This document shows positions 1 to 10,921 of a DNA stretch of 64,000 nucleotides, piece by piece. This DNA is from Cenococcum geophilum (lineage: Eukaryota). The position numbers and the translations under genes are program-made. The stretch lies in the NCBI GenBank assembly GCA_050273025.1, contig CP158635.1:3596001-3660000 (forward strand), read 5' to 3'. How positions within the stretch are numbered: the stretch's first letter is position 1; each line of letters begins with the position of its first letter. The notes under the pieces were generated by a model. That model did no database searches. It was not told where the DNA came from and saw only the letters and a program-made list of their open reading frames with translations.

Positions 1-499
1 CGTAGTATTCCTAAGACTCTAATACCTAAACCACAAAGAATTAATTAAACTTTTTATTACCACCTTAAGTCACTTGGTAATCCTTAAATAACCCTAAATA
101 AAGCTATATAAGGTAACTATTAATTAGGACAACCTTAAGCTTCTATTTACCGCCTTTTGTTATAAGTAGAAGTGCCTTATAACTCGCTGCTTAGACCTAG
201 AACTAAAATCTAAAATTTCCACAACTGTCCACCCTATACCCGAGGAATCCACCAGATTCCACCAACCTAGGAATTTTATTAAATTCCACCAACAATCCAA
301 AAACTCCACTGAATTTTATAAGTTATTACTAAGCACTGTACCGCCCCGAGCTAAGCAAAAGCTTAAGCTCTATATACGAAAATACTAGAAGAACTAGTAT
401 TCCACTATAAAAAGGATTCTTAAAGAACCCGAACCCGAATTTAATACTAATTCTATACCTAATACCGAACCTAAACCTAAATAAGAAACTATAGACAAT

Positions 500-3400
500 C
501 TAAGCGAGCTTAGCACCCTAGATATCCGCATAATTGGAGCTACCCCGCTAGCGCAACTTGCTAAGAAACCCGAGTATACGATCTTCGCTATTATAATAGC
601 CGATATTAAGAAGGCCTTAGCACTAAAGAAGCATACTAACCCTACCACAAAGGTACTAATAGAGTATTATTATTGCCTAGATGTATTTTTATAAAGGGAA
701 GCCGATAAGCTACTAGAACACCAATTATACGACTATAAGATTATACTTAAAGAAGGAAAGCAGCCTAGATTTGGACCCTTATACGGGATATCCTAAAATA
801 AACTTTAAGTGCTATAAAAGTATTTAGACGAGAACCTAAGCAAAGGATTTATTAGAGCAAGCTCGTTGCCTATAGCCGTACTAGTAATCTTTATTAAGAA
901 ACCTAGCGGCGGCCTACGCTTCTATATAGACTACCGAGCTCTTAATACCGTTACCGTTAAGAACTAATATCCGATCCCGTTAATATAAGAAACGCTAAAC
1001 CAACTAAGTAAGGCTTATTACTACACAAAGCTCAATATCATCTCTATATTTAACCGTCTCCGCATTATAAAAGGGGACAAATAGTTTACCACATTTCGTA
1101 CCTAATATAGACTATTTAAGTACTTAGTAACACCCTTCGGCCTTATAAACGCTCTAAGCTCGTTTTAATATTATATAAATAACACCCTACGCCCCTACCT
1201 AGACATCTTCTATACTGCTTATATTAACGACATCCTAATATATAGTAATAACCTAACCGAATATTGGAAATACGTTAACCTTGTCCTCTAAGCCCTATAC
1301 GGAGCTAGTCTATAATTAGATATAGATAAATATAAGTTTTATAAAACGGAAGTCCTATACCTTAAACTTCTTATTTTTATAAACGGTATATAAATAAACC
1401 TAAAGAAAATCGAAGTAATTGTAAACTGGTAAGAACCTGAGAACGTTAAGGACGTAAAAGCCTTTATAGGATTCGCTAATTTCTACTAACGGTTTATTAA
1501 TAACTTCTCCGCCCTGGCTTTACCCCTTATAGCTTTAACCCAAAAGGATAAAGTCTTTATCTTTAATAAGGAATATAAGAAGGCCTTTACCTATCTAAAG
1601 GTCATGTTTACTACTGCGCCTATACTCTAACACTTTAACCTAAACTGAATAAGTGTTATAGAAGCCAACTTATCTAACTACGTTACTAAAGGCATCCTAT
1701 CTTAATATAATAAGGATAGAGTATTGTACCCTATAGTATACTTCTTAAAATAACTAAGCCTAGCCGAATATAACTATAAGATCTACGATAAGGAATTATT
1801 AGCTATTATTAGATGTTTTAAATAATGGCGACCTAAACTAGAAGGCACTAGATTTCCGATTAAGGTTCTTAGCAACTATAAGAACCTATAATACTTTATA
1901 ACCATAAAACAGCTAAGTTATTATTAGGCCCACTAGTTAGAATATCTATCTTGTTTCTAATTCTTAATTATATACCGCCTAGGCGTCTAAGGTTAGAAGC
2001 CTAATACCCTAACCTAATGCTCGCAAAACGCGCTAGCCCTAGAAGAAGCGCGCTCTTACCGAAATTAGACCCTACTTTACCCTAAACTATTTAACCCTCC
2101 TACTAAAGATCTTACGGTATACGTCCTTAAAATAACTAATCGATTGATTAAACAGATTATAGTTAACGAATACCCAAATAACGAGTTTATCTAAGAGACG
2201 CTTAAGCTAATATAAGATAGCATTAAACGCTCTAAAAAGATTTCTCTAAGTAAATACGAAGCTTATAAAAACCACTTATATTACCGGAACCGTCTAGTTA
2301 TCCCTAATAATAATAAGCTTAAGCTTAAACTCCTTAAATATATATACGATCTACCTATCGCCGGCCACCTAGGCCGAGGAAAAACCCTAGAACTACTCTA
2401 ATGGGAGTATTATTAGCCGAATATGCATAATATAATACAAAGGTATATCTTTAGCTGCTACACCTGCTGATAAGCTAAGGCCTCGCATAAGATATATAAC
2501 GGCCTTTTAAAGCCGCTGCTTGTTCCGGACTAAAGATAGAAGGATATCTTAATTAACTTTATTGTTAACCTTCCTAAGAGTAGAGGCTGCACGAATATTA
2601 TAGTAGTTATAGACCAACTATCTAAAATAAGATACTTGATCGCCTGCCCTAATATATTAACGCCTACCGTTGCCTAACTATTCCTAGATTATATATAGAA
2701 ACTCCACGGACTCCCTAAAACGATTATCTCCAATAGAGGTAGCTAGTTTATTTTAGTATTCTAGAAAGAACTAACTACTTAACTCCGCATTAAAGCACTA
2801 TTATCTACTACGTATTACCTAAAAACGGATGGCTAAATGGAACGCGTAAATACTATAATAGAATAGTATATTTGGATATACACGTCGTATTTATAGGATA
2901 ACTGGATTAACTGGCTTGTATTTGCTGAGTTTACTATAAATAATTCCGTCTCGGAAACTATAAAAGTCTCCCCATTCCTAGCCAATTACGGCTAGTACCT
3001 ATAAATGGGTTTTAAACCCTTTAGTAATGTTCCTTACCCTATTTATTACGCCTTATAAGTTATAAAAGCAAATAAATTCGTAAAAAAGATAGAGGAACTA
3101 TAATAGTTCCTTACTAATGAGATAATATAGGCTTAATCTGTCTATAAAGCCGTAGCGAATAAAAAATAAACCCTAGCACCGGCCTACTAAATTGGTAATT
3201 TTGTCTGGCTAGATATAAGAAATCTAAACACAAAACGACCTACTAAGAAACTTAATTAGAAGAACGCTGGCCCTTATAAGGTTGAAAAGGTTATCTCTCC
3301 TTATGCCTACCGACTAAAGCTCCCTAATACGGTTAAAATCCACCCCGTATTCCATACGTCAGTCCTCTGCTCTACTGCCCCCGTATTAGACGCCCTACCT

Positions 3401-3645
3401 AGATAGATATAAAAACCTCCCCTACTAGTTAAAGTGGATAGTAAGAACGAGTACTTTGTTAAAAGAATTAATAATATTAAGTATAATAAACGGAAACGCT
3501 AATATATATATCTTATAAAATGGAGAGGCTTTACTAAGTCCTTATAGGAACCTATTAACTTTATAGGACTTATATAAGCCGCAGAAGACTTTTACGAACT
3601 CCACCTAGAACTACTACAGCCCTATCTCGCAGAAGCTCGAGTTTA
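500..3645 (+). pseudogene. pol: pol (RT-RNaseH-integrase-chromodomain) of element A with many RIP stops
   Basis: Domain motifs in Gypsy order in one frame, interrupted by TAA/TAG at Gln/Trp/Arg positions. Start is approximate. Confidence 0.9.
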
Positions 3646-3657
3646 AAGGGGGGGTAC

Positions 3658-4027
3658 TGTTACGGGATACCCCTGTGATACCTTGCACACGTCTACCTGT
3701 TTCTATTGACTTAGCAATTAAAGACTAACCGCGAAATGGCAATCTAATGGCAATCTAATAGCAATCTAACGGCAATTTACGGCATTCTGCTATATTCTGC
3801 TAAGTTCTACCAAATTCTGCTAAGTTCTGCCAGAACTACGACCTAAACCCTATTCTGCCTATGCACGTATTAACTAAGCAACTAAGTTAACGATATATAC
3901 CCTTTCTTCCCATTCTCCTACCTTCTTTCCTTACGCAATGTCTTAACCTCCTTATATAGTTTATGTATATAGCTTAATAATATCTACCTTGCTATATATT
4001 ATCGTCGCTTATACTTACTCCGTGATA
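3658..4027 (+). repeat. 3' LTR of element A (about 370 bp)
   Basis: Starts TGTTACGG just after the PPT and ends CCGTGATA (RIP form of CCGTGACA). Contains AATGGCAATCT and TTCTGCTAAG tandem repeats and a TATA followed by a pyrimidine tract. Confidence 0.85.
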
Positions 4028-4507
4028 TTAAGGACGGAAACATTTCGCCATTATAATAGAGATCCTAGAACCCTATAAGGGGAAGCCTATAAAATTTATA
4101 GGAGAATTATTAGGGATACTATCTAAGGAAGACGCTGTTTAAGAATAAGTAGTAGCAATATAAGAAGAGGTCTTAGGGATTTAGAAAGACCCTTAGGGAT
4201 AAAAGGGGAGTATCCGGTCTAGCACCGGAGATAAGTAATAGAGTTAATGGTATAAAGAGGAGTAAAAAGACAGCCTATAAAGAATTAAAAATTTTAAGAA
4301 ATTATAAAGCACCTATAGGAATATTACCCGTTTATTATATATAGGGATTATAGTAGTATACTACCTTTATATAAATTGCTACCAAAGCTTAGAATAAAGG
4401 CATCCCTAAAGTATAAAGTTAATTCCTAATAATAGGCATCCTAGAGGCACCTGAGAAGAACCATATAAAGCTATTTTATAAAAAAAAGGAAAGAACTAGA
4501 TAATAAC

Positions 4508-5325
4508 TTAAATACTAGCAACAGTAACAAGAGCCTCCCCTTCCATCTTAATGTTATTATTAATAGTATTATCGGCTCCTCTATCCCTAGAAGCATTAGC
4601 ACTTCCACTAATATTTTTCTTAGAACGATAGGTACTGGAAGAATTAGCACGGGTAGAAGACTGGCAAGGAGAACATTTATCTAGACTTTTGTTACTATCC
4701 TTAGTATCCCTAAGCTCTAAATTAGCATCTAAGCAGGGATCCAAAAGCCGTTAACTAAGAGAATAAGTATAGTCCCTAAATGTGTTACTAGAGAAACTTA
4801 CCTAGCTAGGGTAGCCCGCGTAAGAGTACGAATGTTATTATTAATAAGGGTAAGCTGTTCGCATATACGTTCCTAGATACTATATATCCAAGATTATTAC
4901 GTCTCTATAATAGTAAAAACCCTTATAGAATTAAAGAGTCTGCAAGTAAGGGAAGACACCTTCTATCCCCGCCTGTTACTATTAAAATATTGGCGGAAAT
5001 CTTAAATGGCGCGTTAGAGCCTATAAGTCTTATATATATAGATAGCGGGGATCTAGCATAATTAGCGAAATTTAGAATAAGATAGAATGGGAAATACTAG
5101 GACGCAGGTCTTTCTCCTACTGCAGCAATAGGAGCACTTAGATTTATTTTCGCTAGAGTAAGGTATCTTATAGACGTAGGAAGGATCCTACGTAAGAGTA
5201 TAAATGTAGCGATAATAGTATTTTAGGGAAACTGCTGTAGGAGTAATAGACGCTGTCTAGGGCGTCACTAGGAGAGGAATAATACTACTGCCGGTCTAGG
5301 GACGCGCAAAAGGACTATAAGCTAT
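4508..5325 (-). pseudogene. Antisense spliced gene in element B: Cys6 zinc-cluster-like motif, helical region, Ser/Asp-rich tail
   Basis: Reads KYYYRYIYTLT*DPSYVYKIPYSSENKSKCSYCCSRRKTCVL, then intron 5097-5053 (GTATTT..GCTAAT..TAG) and intron 4801-4755 (GTAAGT..TAG, 47 nt). Removing the second intron joins the frame to the 4508..4744 ORF. Confidence 0.65.
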
Positions 5326-5920
5326 TATAAGAGAATACTCTAAGAAGTTAGTATTATTATAAGAGATGAGGTAGAAATCCTATTGCTTATAAATATGTTA
5401 TAAAAAGAGAATAAAGCAGCTATAAAAGGATAGCTAAAGATATGGAAGCTAAAAGCGGAGATATAGAGGAAACAGTCTGCTAAAAGATAAGACAAATAGT
5501 GTTGTTAATAAAAAGACGCGTAAGAGGCGATAGCTTATAAACTGGAAGAAAATTAAAATAAAGACGTTATTATCAGAACCCATTTTAGGTAAATAGGGAT
5601 AGTAGCTTATAGGTGCGTTATATAGGACAACCTCTAGATTAACTTATAACAAACTCTTATAATAAGAAAGGTAAATCCTATCCAATTTTTATTATTATTA
5701 TTTTAGTTCCATTACAAAGGCATTATAAGAAACTATAGTGGGAGAAGAGTAAAGGAACTAAGGATAAAGTAAGGTTTTACGCTAGTAAAGAACTAGCTAT
5801 AAGCCGCATTATAGAGTACCTTTCTACTAAGAATTTTCCCTAGTGGTTTTAGCTAGAACTTTATAAAAGCTTAGTAAAGGCGAAGTCTTAGAGGACTAAG
5901 ACCCTTAAAGGGGAGGCAAT

Positions 5921-6238
5921 TATAACGGAATTCCCTAGAAGGTACATATTAGATAAGACAGAAGGAGGTCTTATCTATATTCTATTTACGTTTTAGAAGA
6001 CACGGTTAGATAGATAAGGGGTAAAGGGTTTAGCTAGCGTCTTAAAAGGATTATATAGGGAGCTAGTTCTCCTCTAGAGAAGGATTAGCAATTAGTCTCT
6101 AAACAGAAGAGGTTAGAAAGCATTTATCCTTTATACGTGAAGATTATTCTACCTTAACTTATCTTTTACTTGCCTATAACTCGTATTCTACACTGTTAAT
6201 TAGATAATCATACGTTCTAGTCAAACTGGCCTCTTATA
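5921..6238 (+). repeat. 3' LTR of element B (about 318 bp)
   Basis: TATAAC (ancestral TGTAAC) after the PPT, internal TATATAGG, ends CTTATA. The partner LTR is not in the window. Confidence 0.6.
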
Positions 6239-9200
6239 ACTAGCTTCCACGGTTAGATATTATTAAATTAGAAAGTCCGTGTAGCTTAAAGACGTACTTA
6301 ATAAAACATTCGGCTACTAATATTATATTAATTAAGTCTATAGGAATTATATATCGCATTTTTATAAGATAGTTAATAACTACTATAACATTCGTAAACC
6401 TATTACTATTAGGTAGATTAACTATAAAGTTAATTAAGATATCTCACCATCTTTATATTAGAATTAGTAATGGTTAAAGTACTCCTTACTTCTTTATATA
6501 AGAGGTCTTCCCATATATATATATTCTGTATATTTAAACGTATTTTTGTATATAGTTATGCATTATAGGCCAGTAATATACTTATTAGATAATCTTATAG
6601 GTCTTTATATAGCTAGGATGCCCTACTATAGGGGAATTGTATACAAATTTAAGTATCTTAAATTATAAGGGTTTAGAATTTGGGATTACTATCTTCTATT
6701 AATAGTATAACCGATTATTATGGATTTTGTATTTAGCGAATGTAATATCTTTATATTACCGTTTCCCTGTTTAAATTACTTTTATTATATCTACTATCTT
6801 AAAGGTCGTTCTTAAATTTATGCTTTATTAATTTATTTCTATTAAGCTTTGCGTTTAAAAATATAGGGCGTAGTTTCTTAAAGCGTTTAGGGGGTAGTAG
6901 AATTTATAATTAATTTATAATCTATTCGTTAGAGGCGTTTATAGGTAAGTTTTATAATTATTATATTAATAAGTTAGGCTTCTAATTAAGTTTACTAAGT
7001 TAGTATGTAATCTTAAAGTTAAATTATAAGAGGTATTCGGCCTAACGAATTTAGCGCTATATTAATTGCTTTATAGTTATAAAGTACTATAGGTTTTTAT
7101 AGTCCGTTAATACGCGTATTAGGAATAATAATCCTTTAAGTTTTAGGCGCTATTATTTAAAGCATTTAATAATTATAAGTAGTTCCTTATTATGTATCTT
7201 ATAATTTAATTTAGCGGGGGTAAGTTTCTAGGAGGGGAAGGCTACTAGGCGTAGCTCGCCGTTCTTATTATATTGTAATAACACTCCTCTTAGTATATAA
7301 TTAGACGAGTCTGTTTTAATAATATATTTAAGGTCCAGATTAAAGTAGGTAAGAATTAGAGTAGTTATAAAATGATATTTTAAGTTATTAAAAGCTTATT
7401 TATATTTAGTAGTCTATTTAAATCTTATATTCTTTCTTATTAAGTTTACTAATAGCTAAATAATTTTTAAGAAGTGATTAATAAATTAACGGTAGAAATC
7501 CTTAGATGTCTTATATACTACTAGAACTTTCTTAGTTTATAATTATAGCGATTTTTTTAGGGTCTATTTTAATTCCGTTACGGGATATAATTAGGCCTAA
7601 GTATATAACTTTAGATATATAGAACTTATATTTCTTAATATTATATTATAAGCCCGCGTCTTATAGGTATTTAAGGACTATTTAGATGTGCTTCTAATGC
7701 TTAGAAAGTAAAGATAAATAAATTAAGATATTATTAATATACGCGGTAATAAATATATTAAGGAATTCGCGAAGCATATTATTAACGTATTATTAAAATA
7801 TACTAGGACCGTTCTTTATACTAAACGGCATTACTAGGTATTTAAAAAGTCCCTATTATATACGGAAAGCCATATACTTTTTATCTCCTTTATAAATACG
7901 GATTTAATTAAAGGCAGCGACTACGTTAAGCTTTATAAAGTATTATACTTTCGCTAAGTAATTAAGCGTTTCTTAAAGTAAAGAAATCGGATATTAGTTT
8001 TAAATTATAATTATATTTAGGGCTTAATAATTAATATAGAACCTTAAGCCTCCTCTAGGTTTCTTAATAAATAGTATAAGTAAGGTAAATAGTAATTAAC
8101 TAGGGCGAATAAATCCTTTCTCTAGGTGCTCTTTAGGGTATTATTATATTATAAGTAGCTCTTCTTATAACATACCGTATAATGGGCCAAACTTTAGCGT
8201 TATACTAGGTTTAAGTTCTATCTTAAAGTTATACTCGTCTTAATATAGGGGTAGTTAGTCTATAAATTATTTCTTAAACGTATTAATTAGATTATAATAT
8301 TCTTTAGGTATAAGAGGTTAGGGGTTAATATATTGCTTTAGTTATAACGCCTTCTTAATATCTTTTAGTGTTATAGTAAAGATCTTATAGTCTCGTTTTC
8401 TTACTAACAAATAAAAGGGTGCGGCTTATACTATATAAATTTTAAGGGGTTTTAATATATTATCTTCGCATTCTTTACCGCGATTAGCAGTTATAACTTA
8501 GTTTATGGTTTGTAGTAAGGGTAATTTATATTATATTAAATTTAAATAGTTATATATATATTTATAGGGTAAGTAGTATTTTAAGTAATAACTTTAGCAG
8601 TAGGTTATACGGAATTTTAGTATTTCTTTAACCTAGCTAATTAAAGGGTTATATTATTTTAGCTATTTGTGTCTAAGTATTACCTTATAATACTTTAAGG
8701 GTGTTATAAATAGGGAAATATATTTAAGGTATTCGCCTATCCGTATCTTTATAAAAGCGTAATACGTTAGTTTACTATATATTAAAGGCTTACTATTAAA
8801 GCCTTATAGGCCTTAGGGCTTATTAAGTTTCTTTAAATTTAAGTATTAAGTTTTTACGTAGTTTATATTAATAAAGCCTATACTAGTAGCTCCGCTATTT
8901 ATAAAATTTTATACTTCCTTTTATTTTCTAAGTGTTTAAATTTCGCTAAGTATATTAAGGGAGTTATATTATATATTAGCGCTAGAAGAGCCTAGATACT
9001 TATACTCTTCCACTTTTTATCTTAAGGCGCGACTTAGCCTTAGGATAATTTGTTTTCTAAGTTAACTAAAGGTAAGATACTTTATAGCGACCTAGTATAA
9101 TTTATAAAATAAGTATAACTTAAGGACTAAGAGGAGCTACGGCGGACCATTTTAAAAGGGTAAGTTTAGTAATCCCTTTAAATATATCCCTTTTTTCCAT

Positions 9201-10516
9201 ATCTAAAATATTCTCCATTTACGGCTTATATATTTTATTTATTAGTTCCTAAAGGTATATAGGATTAGGTAGTATTAAGGTCTATAGGGTTATATATAGG
9301 GCTTCTAGGTCTTAGAGATAGATTGCGCTTTAGGGTATATACTAGTTTTATAGAGTTTTAAACATAAGGTATAGTTAGCTTTAGGGAATAAGTCTATTTA
9401 TTATATTAAAGGTCCTTATTAATTTGTTAATATATTATAGCAAATTTAGGTAAGTCCTTTAGTAGTTCTCTATTTACTAACTATGCTCTAATTTTATCTA
9501 AAATAGCTTAGCGAAAAGCAGTAACTCTAGCGGCTTTATTCTAATCTAGTTTACTAATAAGGCTTAAAAATTCTAAAAAGAAGCTAGTAAAGTCTTAGTT
9601 CTATTATTATAGGTTTTTAAGTTTAATAATAGCTATATATTTACGGCTAGCATTATTATATATTTATTCTAGTAAAGAGATAAAGATTTTAAAATTAATA
9701 AAGGTGCCGTTACGGAAGAATAGATCTATAGTTTAAATAGCGTTTTTACTTAAATAAGATATTCCATAGCTAATCTTGCTAGCTTTAGTAGGGTATTAAT
9801 TATAGTTTATTAAAAGTTTAAGATAGAGCTTAGTTATAAAGGGATATAGGTTATTTTAATTTCTATTAAATATTAGAGGGTTAGGGAGCATTTTAGATTT
9901 TATAATAGGTACTAGGTTTATTATAGGTATAGGTTAAGCTACTATTACTAGTTTAGGGGTTATATTTAATGGGTTAGGTTTATATATAGTTATTTTAATT
10001 TTATTTATAGGTGTTACTATTAGGGTCTTTAACGCGAGTACTTTGGCGTTATAGAGTTCTTTATATATTACTTTAATTAATTACTAATACTAAGCTTTTA
10101 GTATAGTTCGTTACTAGGCTAAGGCATCTATAAAGGACTATTATATTATAGTTATTTATTCCCTAACTAGGGCTATAATAGTTAATATAGCGGATTTAAG
10201 TTTATTTACCATTTTAAGGGTATTAGTATTTATATAACATAATATAAGGGCGTGGAGAGACTTTAAGGAAGATTTAAAGGAATAATATAAATTCTATCTA
10301 AATCTAAGAGTATATAGCTTTTATTAAGAACAAGACGTTATATAAAGAAGAGAAAGGAATAATAAGAGAATTATATAATTAAATAGTTAGGGGCTTAGTG
10401 GTTAATACGTGCGTATATACGCATGCGGTCTTTAACGGACTTTAGTAAAATTTAATTAATTTATTAGAATTTGGTTAAAGCATCGGAATTTATCTATTAA
10501 GTGTTTTACTAAGACA
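6239..10516 (-). mobile_element. Gypsy element C, 5' part (LTR, gag, PR, RT, RNaseH, part of integrase); inserted in D1
   Basis: gag ATG at about 10212, CCHC knuckle at about 9170-9215, protease FINSGAT (FVDSGAT) at about 8890, RT AYINNILI at about 7735, integrase ending at SNRGS* near 6240. Confidence 0.9.
10243..10516 (-). repeat. 5' LTR of element C (approximate)
   Basis: TG start at 10516 abutting D-family sequence. TATA and pyrimidine tract; shares a GCACGTATTAAC motif with the LTR of A. Inner end is uncertain. Confidence 0.55.
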
Positions 10517-10650
10517 TTCCTACTATAACTAGGCTAGTCTCGTTATATTAGCTTAGTCTTTAGCTAATACCTAGTTCACTTTTTATCCTTAATATACTAT
10601 AGATATATATTCTTTAGGTATTCTTACCACTATTATCCGTCTAAGCATTC

Positions 10651-10921
10651 TGTTCGTACTAACTTAATAGTACGAGTGAGTTAGATCTAGGGGCACGAAA
10701 TACGTATAGTATTATATACTCGCTTAGATAATGGTGACTGTCGGTTGTATAAAGTAGACTACGTAGTCTATATACTGCTGCGCCTCCCCCCTAATTAGTT
10801 AGTGCTTTAGAAGTGCACTAGACGCGTAAGCGGGTGGTTAGTATACCAAACGCGTAAACGCGTACTTGGCGTACCGAACGCGTAAACACGCACTAGGTAC
10901 GACAGGTGCTATAATTATACA
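10651..10921 (-). repeat. 3' LTR of Copia 1
   Basis: TG...CA direct repeat of 19830-20100, differing mainly by transitions. Confidence 0.95.

Larger units (their letters stand above)
1..4027 (+). mobile_element. Gypsy/chromovirus LTR retrotransposon A, 3' part, RIP-inactivated; runs off the window start
   Basis: RT YINDILI (ancestral YIDDILI) at about 1220, RNase H IYDKELLAI at about 1780, integrase SNRGS*F at about 2729, chromodomain at about 3449-3555, PPT AAAGGGGGGG at 3645-3654, then LTR. Confidence 0.95.
4028..6238 (+). mobile_element. Gypsy element B, 3' part (pol tail, about 1.6 kb extra region, PPT, 3' LTR); interrupted by A and inserted into the integrase of C
   Basis: ILEPY followed by an acidic, degenerate chromodomain-like reading at about 4060-4300. 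PPT AAAGGGGAGG at 5907-5916, TATAACGG at 5921, and CTTATA ending at 6238 where the integrase of C breaks off. Confidence 0.7.

Noticed and set aside
394..648. 84-aa minus-strand ORF from the track
   Set aside because: Antisense shadow of the element A polyprotein; no motif or splice support.
5645..6238. Reading this stretch as a minus-strand 5' LTR with a gag gene to its left
   Set aside because: The PPT plus TATAAC at 5907-5926 and the ILEPY pol tail fit a plus-strand 3' end. The minus-strand frame has introns and a Cys6 motif, unlike gag.
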